Positions 20,518 through 28,594 of a stretch of DNA of 56,782 nucleotides are shown here, one piece after another; the first letter of the stretch is position 1, and each line of letters opens with the position of its first letter. A program made the position numbers and the translations under genes. The notes beneath the pieces are model-generated. The model was not told the origin of the DNA. It was given only the letters and a program-made list of their open reading frames with translations, and did not search any database. The stretch is from contig DDIE01000011.1 of NCBI GenBank assembly GCA_002338385.1, forward strand, positions 1 to 56,782. Direction: 5' to 3'. This DNA comes from Proteobacteria bacterium UBA1858. GTDB taxonomy: Bacteria; Pseudomonadota; Gammaproteobacteria; UBA4575.

Positions 20518-20967
20518 ATGAGATATACCAATTTATCAGCCTCCATACCCTTGCCTGAACCGAAAACTTTTGCGGGTTTAATGGAAATCTATGAGACCAA
20601 CTACATTAATATACGAAGGCTATGTGGCAATATCAATTTGCTTGATGAGTGGGTGATCTCACAGGTGCAGACGGGTTTAGACTTACATCTTAGAATCATT
20701 GAGCGCGCGAAATATACACTTACCCTCAAGCTCACCTATCAATTCACAGATGGCAGTGAACAACGCATCGATGAATATCCAGATTTGTTGGTACGCGTTT
20801 ATTTCGATGCCAAACAGGCTGAGGTGCTGCAGGTATTCTCATCTCAACAGCCAAGCAGGGTGGATTATCGTCAACGCCTGCGCAAGAAATGGTATGACAA
20901 CCGGTTTCTCTATAAATGGTTGAAATATTGTCTGAACGAGGGTCACAACTTCCATAAAGTAAGCTAA
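20518..20967 (+). CDS. DUF1249 (YqiB-family) protein
   Basis: 149 aa, alignable by eye to E. coli YqiB (YETNYINIRRL, YTLTLKL, VRVYFDAKQAEV, FLYKWLKYCLNEGH). Starts 6 nt after the ygfX stop. Confidence 0.8.
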   Translation: MRYTNLSASIPLPEPKTFAGLMEIYETNYINIRRLCGNINLLDEWVISQVQTGLDLHLRIIERAKYTLTLKLTYQFTDGSEQRIDEYPDLLVRVYFDAKQAEVLQVFSSQQPSRVDYRQRLRKKWYDNRFLYKWLKYCLNEGHNFHKVS

Positions 20968-21012
20968 AAACACAATGTGGATCAAAATAATTGTACTTAC
21001 GTGGTTGAATTG

Positions 21013-21025
21013 TGACAATATGTCA
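21013..21025. promoter_or_regulatory. Perfect palindrome TGACA-ATA-TGTCA between two TTGAAT hexamers; candidate operator of the downstream Rrf2 gene
   Basis: Sequence gTTGAATtgTGACAATATGTCAtattaTTGAATtt lies 38-58 nt upstream of ATG 21063. Function is inferred from position only. Confidence 0.3.
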
Positions 21026-21062
21026 TATTATTGAATTTATACCAATCAGAGGGCGATAATTA

Positions 21063-21581
21063 ATGAAATTATCAACAAAAGCTCAACATGCCGTGACAGC
21101 GATGATTAATTTGGCTATGAACAATGGTATTCGTCCTGTCACACTCGCAGAAATATCCAAAAATCAGGGTATCTCGCTGTCTTATTTAGAACAGCTATTT
21201 TCGAAAATGCGCAAAGCGGAGTTGGTGGAGGGTGTACGTGGCCCTGGAGGTGGCTACAAACTCGCCAAAAGTCCTGAGGAAACCTGTATTGCCGAGATCG
21301 TTATCGCAATTGATGGGGGGACCAAGGCCCATGCTACTGCATACGCGCAGAGTGGACAGACGCAACATGATGATGCGGCTTATCGAGCGCGACTGCATCA
21401 GATTCACGTGACACATCACATGTGGAAAATATTAAGCGACAAAATTTATGATTTTCTATGCCAACTGACCTTGGCGGAGTTTTCGGATACTAGCATTCTC
21501 AACAAATTAACTAGCAATGACGAGCCAAACAATGACCTAGAGCACATTAAATATAAGGGTCTCTCCGCGACCTCCTTCTAG
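21063..21581 (+). CDS. Rrf2-family transcriptional regulator lacking the Fe-S ligand cysteines
   Basis: 172 aa. The N-terminal wHTH matches IscR/NsrR (MKLSTKAQHAVTAMINLA...LSYLEQLFSKMRKAELVEGVRGPGGGYKLA). The usual Cx5-6Cx5-6C loop is replaced by a Cys-free insertion (GGTKAHATAYAQSGQTQHDDAAYRARLHQIHVTHHMW). Confidence 0.85.
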   Translation: MKLSTKAQHAVTAMINLAMNNGIRPVTLAEISKNQGISLSYLEQLFSKMRKAELVEGVRGPGGGYKLAKSPEETCIAEIVIAIDGGTKAHATAYAQSGQTQHDDAAYRARLHQIHVTHHMWKILSDKIYDFLCQLTLAEFSDTSILNKLTSNDEPNNDLEHIKYKGLSATSF

Positions 21582-21591
21582 TTAAATAGAA

Positions 21592-21616
21592 AGCGCTGTA
21601 TCGTGGTGCTGTTTTT
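21592..21616 (+). terminator. Weak candidate intrinsic terminator after the Rrf2 gene
   Basis: AGCGC-9 nt loop-GTGCT (5 bp including one G.U pair) followed by GTTTTTG. The stem is marginal. Confidence 0.25.
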
Positions 21617-21725
21617 GTGTATAAATAACATCGTTATATATTAAGAAGATCGACACAGTATTTACCACTGAGTCAGATGCTACACGTCGACGATATAAGA
21701 TCAGCTACCTAGAAAAGGGGGGGAT

Positions 21726-22592
21726 ATGCAGCAAGCAGTGACTATCAATGGTCTCACGCTCAACATTAACATCGAAGAGTGCGGCAGCGGTGAGACAACC
21801 TTACTCATGGTTCATGGGATTCCAACAAATGCTCGCTTATGGCGGCATGTTCAGACTCACCTGAAAGACAAATATCGAACACTGGCCATGGATATGGTTG
21901 GTTATGGACAGTCCGATATGCCACTGGATGATTTTGAGCATAGTCTTACCAATCAGGCTGAAGCAATTAAAGGCGTCATTGACGGACTTGGCTTAAAAGG
22001 AAAAGTAATCCTCGTTGGACACGATCATGGTGGCGGTGTATGCCAAATTTTCGCCTCCAAATATTGCGATTACATTGCTCGCCTAGTACTGATTAATCCG
22101 GTTGCATTCGATTACTGGCCAGTATTGGAAGTCGAGGCGTTTAATGGCTTTGTCGGCGCTGATGACACTACGCTACAGATGGGAATGGCACAGGCTGCTG
22201 CCGCATTTCCAGGGCTATTACGAACCGGCAGTTTCGACAAGATTGCCTTCACAGATAAGAACGTTAAACAAAATTATCTTCAATTCTGGGGTCGCGGTCC
22301 CGGCCTGACAGGATTTAAATCGCTGGTGAAAATCTGTTCACAACCCAGTAATGAAGAGACTATGGGCGTAGATCATAGCCAAATTACCTGTCCTACCATG
22401 GTGTGCTGGGCATTACATGATGCCTGGATGCCAACAGAGTCAGGTCGGCGTCTTAAACAGGCGATTGCGGGCCCGGTGCGCTTTGAGATTATAGAGCGGG
22501 CGGGTCATTATGTGCAGGAGGATCGTCCAGATGCCGTGGCCGATCTGATCGATGATTTTGTCACGGAGTGGCAGGGGGTAGAAATCAAATAA
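21726..22592 (+). CDS. Alpha/beta-fold hydrolase, Asp-nucleophile class (haloalkane dehalogenase / epoxide hydrolase-like)
   Basis: 288 aa with HGIPT oxyanion motif, GHDHGG nucleophile elbow containing Asp, and C-terminal AGHYVQED. Strong RBS AAAGGGGGGG upstream. Substrate unknown. Confidence 0.8.
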   Translation: MQQAVTINGLTLNINIEECGSGETTLLMVHGIPTNARLWRHVQTHLKDKYRTLAMDMVGYGQSDMPLDDFEHSLTNQAEAIKGVIDGLGLKGKVILVGHDHGGGVCQIFASKYCDYIARLVLINPVAFDYWPVLEVEAFNGFVGADDTTLQMGMAQAAAAFPGLLRTGSFDKIAFTDKNVKQNYLQFWGRGPGLTGFKSLVKICSQPSNEETMGVDHSQITCPTMVCWALHDAWMPTESGRRLKQAIAGPVRFEIIERAGHYVQEDRPDAVADLIDDFVTEWQGVEIK

Positions 22593-22606
22593 GCCTTATG
22601 CCAGCG

Positions 22607-23584
22607 CTATAGCAAGTCTTTCACCATGTCGCGCTCTTTGATCAGTTCCTGCTCAGAGCGCGCGATCATGTGTTGGGAGAACTCATTCAACTGCAGATCT
22701 TGCACAACTGTAAATTGACGATCGCGGCAGACCGCTGGATACGAAAACATGAGATCAGGATCGATGCCATACATCCCTTGGGAATAAATGCCCATGCTCA
22801 CCCAATTGTCAGCTGCACTGCCCAGTGTCCAGTCACGCATATGATCAATCGCAGCCGAAGCCGCGGAGGCCGCGGATGAGGTGCCGCGCGCTTCGATAAT
22901 TTTGGCGCCGCGTTTTTGCACCAAATCGATAAATTCATTTTTGTACCAACTCTGATCAATCATGCTACTGGCATCTTGTGAGTTGATTTGGCAGTGCTGC
23001 AGATCAGGAAACTGAGTGGTGGAGTGATTGCCCCACACAGTCACTTGCTTGATAGCTGTGGGATGCTGGTTGAGTTTCTCAGCGAGTAAGCTAAGGGTTC
23101 TATTGTGATCTAGGCGCATCATAGAGCTGATCTGATGAGGGGCTAAATTAGGGGCATTATGCAGCGTAATAAGGGCATTGGTATTAGCCGGATTACCGAC
23201 GACTAACACACGTACGTCTGGGTTGGCATGATCACTAATTGCCTTACCTGTGGGCTTAAAAATTGCCCCATTGGCACTTAACAGATCTTGCCGTTCCATG
23301 CCTTTGGTGCGCGGCCGTGAACCAATTAAAAACACATAGTCTGCATCACCAAACCCAATACTGGGATCAGCAGTGGCAACGACATTGTGCAGGGTTGCAA
23401 AGGCGCAGTCACGCAGCTCCATGACTACCCCGGTCAAGACTGGCAGAGCAGGCTCAATTTCAATTAAATGGAGATTTACTGGCTGCTCGGGTCCGAAAAG
23501 ATGACCGGCTGCGATTCTAAATGCGATGGCGTAACCGATATTTCCTGCTGCACCTGTAAGTGCGACATTGACCGCTTGTTTCAT
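22607..23584 (-). CDS. mdh: Malate dehydrogenase (long, LDH-unlike type)
   Basis: 325 aa with N-terminal VALTGAAGNIGYA, GSRPRTKGMERQDLL and the catalytic-His region WGNHS. Confidence 0.93.
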   Translation of the reverse strand: MKQAVNVALTGAAGNIGYAIAFRIAAGHLFGPEQPVNLHLIEIEPALPVLTGVVMELRDCAFATLHNVVATADPSIGFGDADYVFLIGSRPRTKGMERQDLLSANGAIFKPTGKAISDHANPDVRVLVVGNPANTNALITLHNAPNLAPHQISSMMRLDHNRTLSLLAEKLNQHPTAIKQVTVWGNHSTTQFPDLQHCQINSQDASSMIDQSWYKNEFIDLVQKRGAKIIEARGTSSAASAASAAIDHMRDWTLGSAADNWVSMGIYSQGMYGIDPDLMFSYPAVCRDRQFTVVQDLQLNEFSQHMIARSEQELIKERDMVKDLL

Positions 23585-23635
23585 GTTAACTCTCAGTCCT
23601 TGAAAACAATATCATAACGAATCATATATCTGATG

Positions 23636-24739
23636 TCACAGTGATTTATGTGCTTGTGCGAGATAATCATGTGAACGCATTTCGATCAATCGACTCTCGG
23701 TGCGCTGCATTTCAAAGGCCAATTTTTTGCCTTGATATAATTCTCGTTCTGGTGCTGCTGCTGTGATGATGACCTTGACATTACGATCGTAAAACTCATC
23801 AATAGCGGTAATAAAACGACGCGTGACATCATCATTTTCAGTCAAGATTGGAATATTCGATATCAATACAGTGTTAAAGCATCGCGCGATCTCAATATAA
23901 TCTGTCGCGCTGCGCGGTCCATCACATAAGGCGCTAAAATCAAACCAGACGACACCGTCAGAGCATCGTCGGGTATTAATTTCATGGCCATGAATGTTGA
24001 GTATTTCATGGTCCACACCCGGTTCGGTTGCGATATGTGCAAAATTATTCTGCATAATCTGGTCTGCACTGGCATCTAGAGGCGTGTGGTAAATATCGGC
24101 ATGCTCCAGAAACTCAAGACGGTGATCCTGATTACCACCCAGCTCTGCAATTTTGCAATGCATTTTGATTAACTCGATGGCGGGCAGAAATTTTTGCCTC
24201 TGCAGGCCGTCTTTATATAATTCGTCTGGATGGCAATTACTGGTGGCAACTAGGGTGACGCCTTGTTTGAACAATGATTCCAGTAAGCCCGCTAGAATCA
24301 TTGCATCACCAATATCAGAGACAAATAGTTCATCTAAACACAGCACATCTGCGCGTCGATGGAAGTGTTGTGCGACGTCATCCAATGGGTTTTCCTGATT
24401 ATCTATTTGGCTCAATTGATGATGCACCTCCTGCATGAAACGATGGAAATGCAGACGCAATTTCTTCTTGATCGGCAGGCAATCAAAAAACAGATCCATC
24501 ATATGTGTTTTACCGCGCCCGACTGAACCCCAGATATAGAGCCCCCGGATGATCTTCGCAGGTTGTTGAGCAGGTTTTAAAAAGCTCAATAAACGCGTGT
24601 ATAAGGACAGCCCGTGCCCCGGCTGACGTTGCTTGAGACGATTTTCTAAAGCATCTAATTGCTGCACAACATAGCGCTGGTCCTGATCTGGCCTGAGCTG
24701 TTGTCGTTTAATTGCTCTCTCGTACTTAGACTGTGGCAT
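23636..24739 (-). CDS. zapE: Cell division protein ZapE (AFG1-family ATPase)
   Basis: 367 aa with Walker A GSVGRGKTHMMD and Walker B LCLDELFV. AFG1/YhcM-like overall. Confidence 0.9.
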   Translation of the reverse strand: MPQSKYERAIKRQQLRPDQDQRYVVQQLDALENRLKQRQPGHGLSLYTRLLSFLKPAQQPAKIIRGLYIWGSVGRGKTHMMDLFFDCLPIKKKLRLHFHRFMQEVHHQLSQIDNQENPLDDVAQHFHRRADVLCLDELFVSDIGDAMILAGLLESLFKQGVTLVATSNCHPDELYKDGLQRQKFLPAIELIKMHCKIAELGGNQDHRLEFLEHADIYHTPLDASADQIMQNNFAHIATEPGVDHEILNIHGHEINTRRCSDGVVWFDFSALCDGPRSATDYIEIARCFNTVLISNIPILTENDDVTRRFITAIDEFYDRNVKVIITAAAPERELYQGKKLAFEMQRTESRLIEMRSHDYLAQAHKSL

Positions 24740-25003
24740 ATCTGCAGCGCGTCATTGGATGAAATAATCCTATGTAGTGTAATGTTTTTATCGAAATTTG
24801 TTTAATAATGTTCTATTTTGGGGCAGTCATGCCACAATATGTGATACAAACCCAGCTTTTTTTATACAGATCTTAAGACGCATTTGTTAACTATATGAAA
24901 ACTCATGGAAATTATTTCTGGCACGATCTGTGCAACGTTATTAGTGAGCTAACAGCATTTGAAAATCTTTATGTGCTGCTGTGATACTCGACTCCTCCTG
25001 ATT

Positions 25004-25032
25004 AGGGCACTCCTTTGAGTGCCCTCATTTTT
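25004..25032 (+). terminator. Strong plus-strand intrinsic terminator with no annotated gene upstream of it
   Basis: AGGGCACTC-CTTT-GAGTGCCCT is a perfect 9-bp stem with a tetraloop, followed by CATTTTTAT. The minus-strand reading has no T tract. Lies inside the 407-bp zapE/nagZ intergenic region. Confidence 0.7.
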
Positions 25033-25146
25033 ATCCCATCGATCTTACGTCCAGATTAAACCTCGCACAGCGTCAACATTTTGCTGAGTGTAACAGGCCC
25101 ATCCGAACTTATAGCTATTTTGATCGGCTTTAGGTAACTTATCGCC

Positions 25147-26148
25147 ATGTCTATTGGTCCATTAATGATTGATCTCGCAGGACGTGTGATCAGTCCACAA
25201 GAGAAACAGTGGTTATTGCATCCTGCAGTAGGCGGAGTGATATTGTTCAGGCGCAATTTTCAAGATAAACAGCAAATCGCTGCGTTGATTGACGAACTGC
25301 ATGCGCTCAAATCACCCGCGTTATTGGTCGCTGTAGATCAAGAGGGCGGTCGCGTGCAACGCTTCACAGATGGTTTCACCGCCATCCCGGCGATGCGCAC
25401 CTTGGGTGACTTGTATGATCGGGAGCCGCTCAGAGCATTGCGTGTCAGTGAGCTATTGGCCTGGCACCTGGCAGCAGAACTGCGTGCGGTAAATGTTGAC
25501 TTCTCCTTCACACCGGTATTGGATTTAGCCACTGTCCACAGTCAGATCATTGGTGATCGAGCCTTTCATAGCCAACCAGACATAGTGGCACTGATAGCCG
25601 CGAGCTTTAGCCAGGGTTTGCATCGCGGTGGGATGCAAGCGATTGGTAAACATTTCCCTGGGCATGGCACTGTGGTCGCTGACTCACATCTGGAATGTCC
25701 ACTTGACCAGCGCCCATTGAGTGCGATTGAGCAGGACTTAAAGCCATTTGAACTGATGATTGATCAAGGCTTGCAGGGCATTATGTCAGCACACGTGGTG
25801 TATGCTCGCGTGGATGATAAGCCCGCAAGCTTCTCACCTTACTGGCTCAACGATATTCTCCGCGGACAGTTATCTTATCAAGGTGTTATTTTTAGCGACG
25901 ATTTAAGTATGCGCGGTGCGCATGCTGTGGGAGATATCCGCCAGCGCATCTCACTGGCCTTGCAGGCGGGCTCAGATATGGTGCTGGTGTGCAATCAACC
26001 GGCACATGTCCCGCTGGCGCTGGAGTTATTGGATGATTATGTAAATCCGCAGTCAGCTGATCGTCTAGCTCAGTTTTATGGCCAAACCAGCGAACTAATG
26101 ACAGCAGAACAACAGCAGTGTTTGCACCAATTCTTAGCTGAATATTAA
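25147..26148 (+). CDS. nagZ: Beta-N-acetylhexosaminidase (peptidoglycan recycling)
   Basis: 333 aa, GH3 NagZ motifs (VGGVILFRRNF, VDQEGGRVQRF, KHFPGHG, FSDDLSM). Confidence 0.94.
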   Translation: MSIGPLMIDLAGRVISPQEKQWLLHPAVGGVILFRRNFQDKQQIAALIDELHALKSPALLVAVDQEGGRVQRFTDGFTAIPAMRTLGDLYDREPLRALRVSELLAWHLAAELRAVNVDFSFTPVLDLATVHSQIIGDRAFHSQPDIVALIAASFSQGLHRGGMQAIGKHFPGHGTVVADSHLECPLDQRPLSAIEQDLKPFELMIDQGLQGIMSAHVVYARVDDKPASFSPYWLNDILRGQLSYQGVIFSDDLSMRGAHAVGDIRQRISLALQAGSDMVLVCNQPAHVPLALELLDDYVNPQSADRLAQFYGQTSELMTAEQQQCLHQFLAEY

Positions 26149-26171
26149 TCAATATAAACACTTTTAGACAA

Positions 26172-27287
26172 ATGAAATTACAAGAGACTTGGCAACAAAT
26201 AAAAAATCTATTAAGCGCAAACTTTATTGAACTATGGGTCTATGAAGTATTCGTGGTGGTATTAGTGGTGCTTATTGCCAGCTATATCGCTCGCCGAGTA
26301 TTCAACAATCTAGCCCTCAAGGCAGCTAAAACAGCTAATCCATGGGATGATGCATTGATCAGCTCTGTGCGGCGTCCGCTGCGTTATTCGATCAAAGGTT
26401 TGGGTATTTTGTATGCCGCTGAAATAGCGGGTGGCCAGACTGATGCAGTCATCTTTAACTCGATCAGTGCGATTAAGGAAGTATTGATTATCAGCATGCT
26501 GGGTTGGGCCATGATTAGCTTCGTCAAGCACTATGAAGAAGCGATCATTAAACAAAAATTAGCATTGGGTGAGGCGTTTGATCGCACCACTATTCACGCC
26601 ATGGCGAAACTAGTGCGTACTGCGATACTCATCACTACTGCACTGGTCATGCTGCAGACCTTGGGTTTTAGCGTGTCTGGAGTACTCGCGTTTGGTGGTA
26701 TCGGTGGTATTGCTATTGGTTTTGCGGCCAAAGATCTACTTGCTAACTTCTTTGGTGGTTTAATGATCTATCTGGATCGTCCGTTCAGTGTTGGCGACTG
26801 GATTCGCTCACCGGATAAAAATATAGAGGGTGTGGTTGAAACCATCGGCTGGCGGTTAACGACCATCCGCACGTTTGATAAGCGTCCACTGTATGTGCCT
26901 AATTCAGTGTTTGCCAATATTGCGGTTGAAAATCCCTCACGTATGTCACATCGGCGTATCTATGAGACGATTGGTTTGCGTTACGACGATATCAAACAGG
27001 TGGATAGTATTGTCGATGAAGTAAAAACAATGCTGCAAAATCATCAGCAGATCGACACCAAGCAAACCCTGATCGTCAACTTTGATCAATTTAATGAATC
27101 TTCGCTAGACTTTTTTGTGTACACGTTTACAACAACAACGGACTGGATCATTTTCCACACAATCAAGCAGGATGTGCTGTTAAAAATAGCAGATATCGTG
27201 GAGCGTCACGGTGCTGAAATGGCATTCCCGACGCGCACTATGATCATCAGTGAAGGTCAACTCAATCAACATCATACTAGTGGATAG
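26172..27287 (+). CDS. Mechanosensitive ion channel family protein (MscS-like)
   Basis: 371 aa with N-terminal TM helices and the MscS pore/beta-domain region (GGIGGIAIGFAAKDLLANFFGGLMIYLDRPFSVGDWI). Confidence 0.88.
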   Translation: MKLQETWQQIKNLLSANFIELWVYEVFVVVLVVLIASYIARRVFNNLALKAAKTANPWDDALISSVRRPLRYSIKGLGILYAAEIAGGQTDAVIFNSISAIKEVLIISMLGWAMISFVKHYEEAIIKQKLALGEAFDRTTIHAMAKLVRTAILITTALVMLQTLGFSVSGVLAFGGIGGIAIGFAAKDLLANFFGGLMIYLDRPFSVGDWIRSPDKNIEGVVETIGWRLTTIRTFDKRPLYVPNSVFANIAVENPSRMSHRRIYETIGLRYDDIKQVDSIVDEVKTMLQNHQQIDTKQTLIVNFDQFNESSLDFFVYTFTTTTDWIIFHTIKQDVLLKIADIVERHGAEMAFPTRTMIISEGQLNQHHTSG

Positions 27288-27291
27288 AGAG

Positions 27292-27855
27292 ATGGCTGAG
27301 CTCGATATAAAACATTTGCAGCAACTGAAACGAGGCTCAGATTTAATCTATAGCAAGCAACAAATCATGTCGGCCCTGGATCAAATGGCTGTGCAATTAG
27401 AAAAGAGATTGCAAGGTAAGAATCCGCTAGTGTTATGCGTCATGAATGGTGGTTTAGTCTTCACCAGTGATTTGATCAGACATATGGACTGTGATGTGCG
27501 TCTTGATTATGTGCACGTCTCCCGCTATCAAAATACAACAACAGGCAGTCAACTCACTTGGCTGCGAGCGCCCACAGCAGAATTACAGGATCAGATTGTA
27601 TTAATTGCCGACGATATTTTTGATGAAGGGCATACCTTGGCAGAGTTAGTGGCCTACTGTAAGCAAAAAGGTGCGCGGGAAGTCATTTCATGCGTGCTAC
27701 TGTATAAAGAAAAACAGCGTAGCGCGATGACATTAGCGCCTGATTTTTATGGCTTGCTGGCACCTGATCGATATGTCTTTGGTTATGGCATGGACTATCA
27801 GGGCTACTTGCGTAATTTACCTGATATATATGCGCTGGAAGATCGCCATGAATAG
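27292..27855 (+). CDS. hpt: Hypoxanthine(-guanine) phosphoribosyltransferase
   Basis: Internal ATG 27292 (MAELDIKHLQQ...). PRPP-binding motif VLIADDIFDEGHTL. 187 aa. Confidence 0.85.
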   Translation: MAELDIKHLQQLKRGSDLIYSKQQIMSALDQMAVQLEKRLQGKNPLVLCVMNGGLVFTSDLIRHMDCDVRLDYVHVSRYQNTTTGSQLTWLRAPTAELQDQIVLIADDIFDEGHTLAELVAYCKQKGAREVISCVLLYKEKQRSAMTLAPDFYGLLAPDRYVFGYGMDYQGYLRNLPDIYALEDRHE

Positions 27856-28588
27856 TATCGCCATTATTGGAGGCACAGGCCTGACCTCATTTGCAGGCTT
27901 GGAGATTGTGCGTAAAGAGGTTGTCAGAACGCCATACGGAACGCCCTCGGCACCGCTTACCTATGGGCAATATTGTGGCAAGCAAATTATCTTCTTACCC
28001 AGACATGGCTCACGGCATAACATTCCACCGCACATGATTAATTATCGCGCTAACTTGTGGGCTCTGCATGATAAGGGTGTCCAAGATATTATTGCTGTGG
28101 CTGCGGTGGGAGGCATAGATGCAGCAATTAATCCGACTAAAGTAGTGATACCTGAACAAATAATTGATTACACGTACGGCCGCCAGCAGACCTTCTTCGA
28201 AAAAGATCTAGTCAGTGTCAAGCATGTTGATTTCTCACAACCATACGATGCTCGTTTGCGTCAGCATTTGCTCACTGCAGGTCATGAGGCGAGCTTGGAG
28301 TTGTTCGCTGGGGGCGTATACGGTGTGACCCAAGGCCCGCGTCTGGAGACGGCTGCTGAAATTGATCGCTTGGAGCGCGATGGCTGTCAGGTCGTGGGCA
28401 TGACTGGTATGCCCGAGGCTGCTCTGGCACGCGAGCTAGGCATCAATTATGCTCATTGCGCTGTAGCTGTGAATTGGGCTGCAGGCCGAGGTGAGCAAGC
28501 GATTACATTGGAGTCAATCCAGCAGTGTACCCAGCAAGGCATGATTAAAGTACGCAGCTTACTCGCGGCCCTCATGGCAACGCTATAA
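27848..28588 (+). CDS. S-methyl-5'-thioadenosine / thioinosine phosphorylase (MTAP family)
   Basis: Internal ATG 27848 (MNSIAIIGGTGL...), 8-nt overlap with hpt. Collinear by eye with the Pseudomonas PA3004-type enzyme (NYRANLWAL, GPRLET, GMTGMPEAALAREL). 246 aa. Confidence 0.88.
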   Translation: MNSIAIIGGTGLTSFAGLEIVRKEVVRTPYGTPSAPLTYGQYCGKQIIFLPRHGSRHNIPPHMINYRANLWALHDKGVQDIIAVAAVGGIDAAINPTKVVIPEQIIDYTYGRQQTFFEKDLVSVKHVDFSQPYDARLRQHLLTAGHEASLELFAGGVYGVTQGPRLETAAEIDRLERDGCQVVGMTGMPEAALARELGINYAHCAVAVNWAAGRGEQAITLESIQQCTQQGMIKVRSLLAALMATL

Positions 28589-28594
28589 ACCTTA

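Noticed and set aside
24895-24984. 29-aa ORF upstream of the orphan terminator
   Set aside because: Not called as a CDS. There is no Shine-Dalgarno sequence within 15 nt of the ATG and no recognisable peptide family. It is kept only as an alternative explanation within the small-transcript finding.
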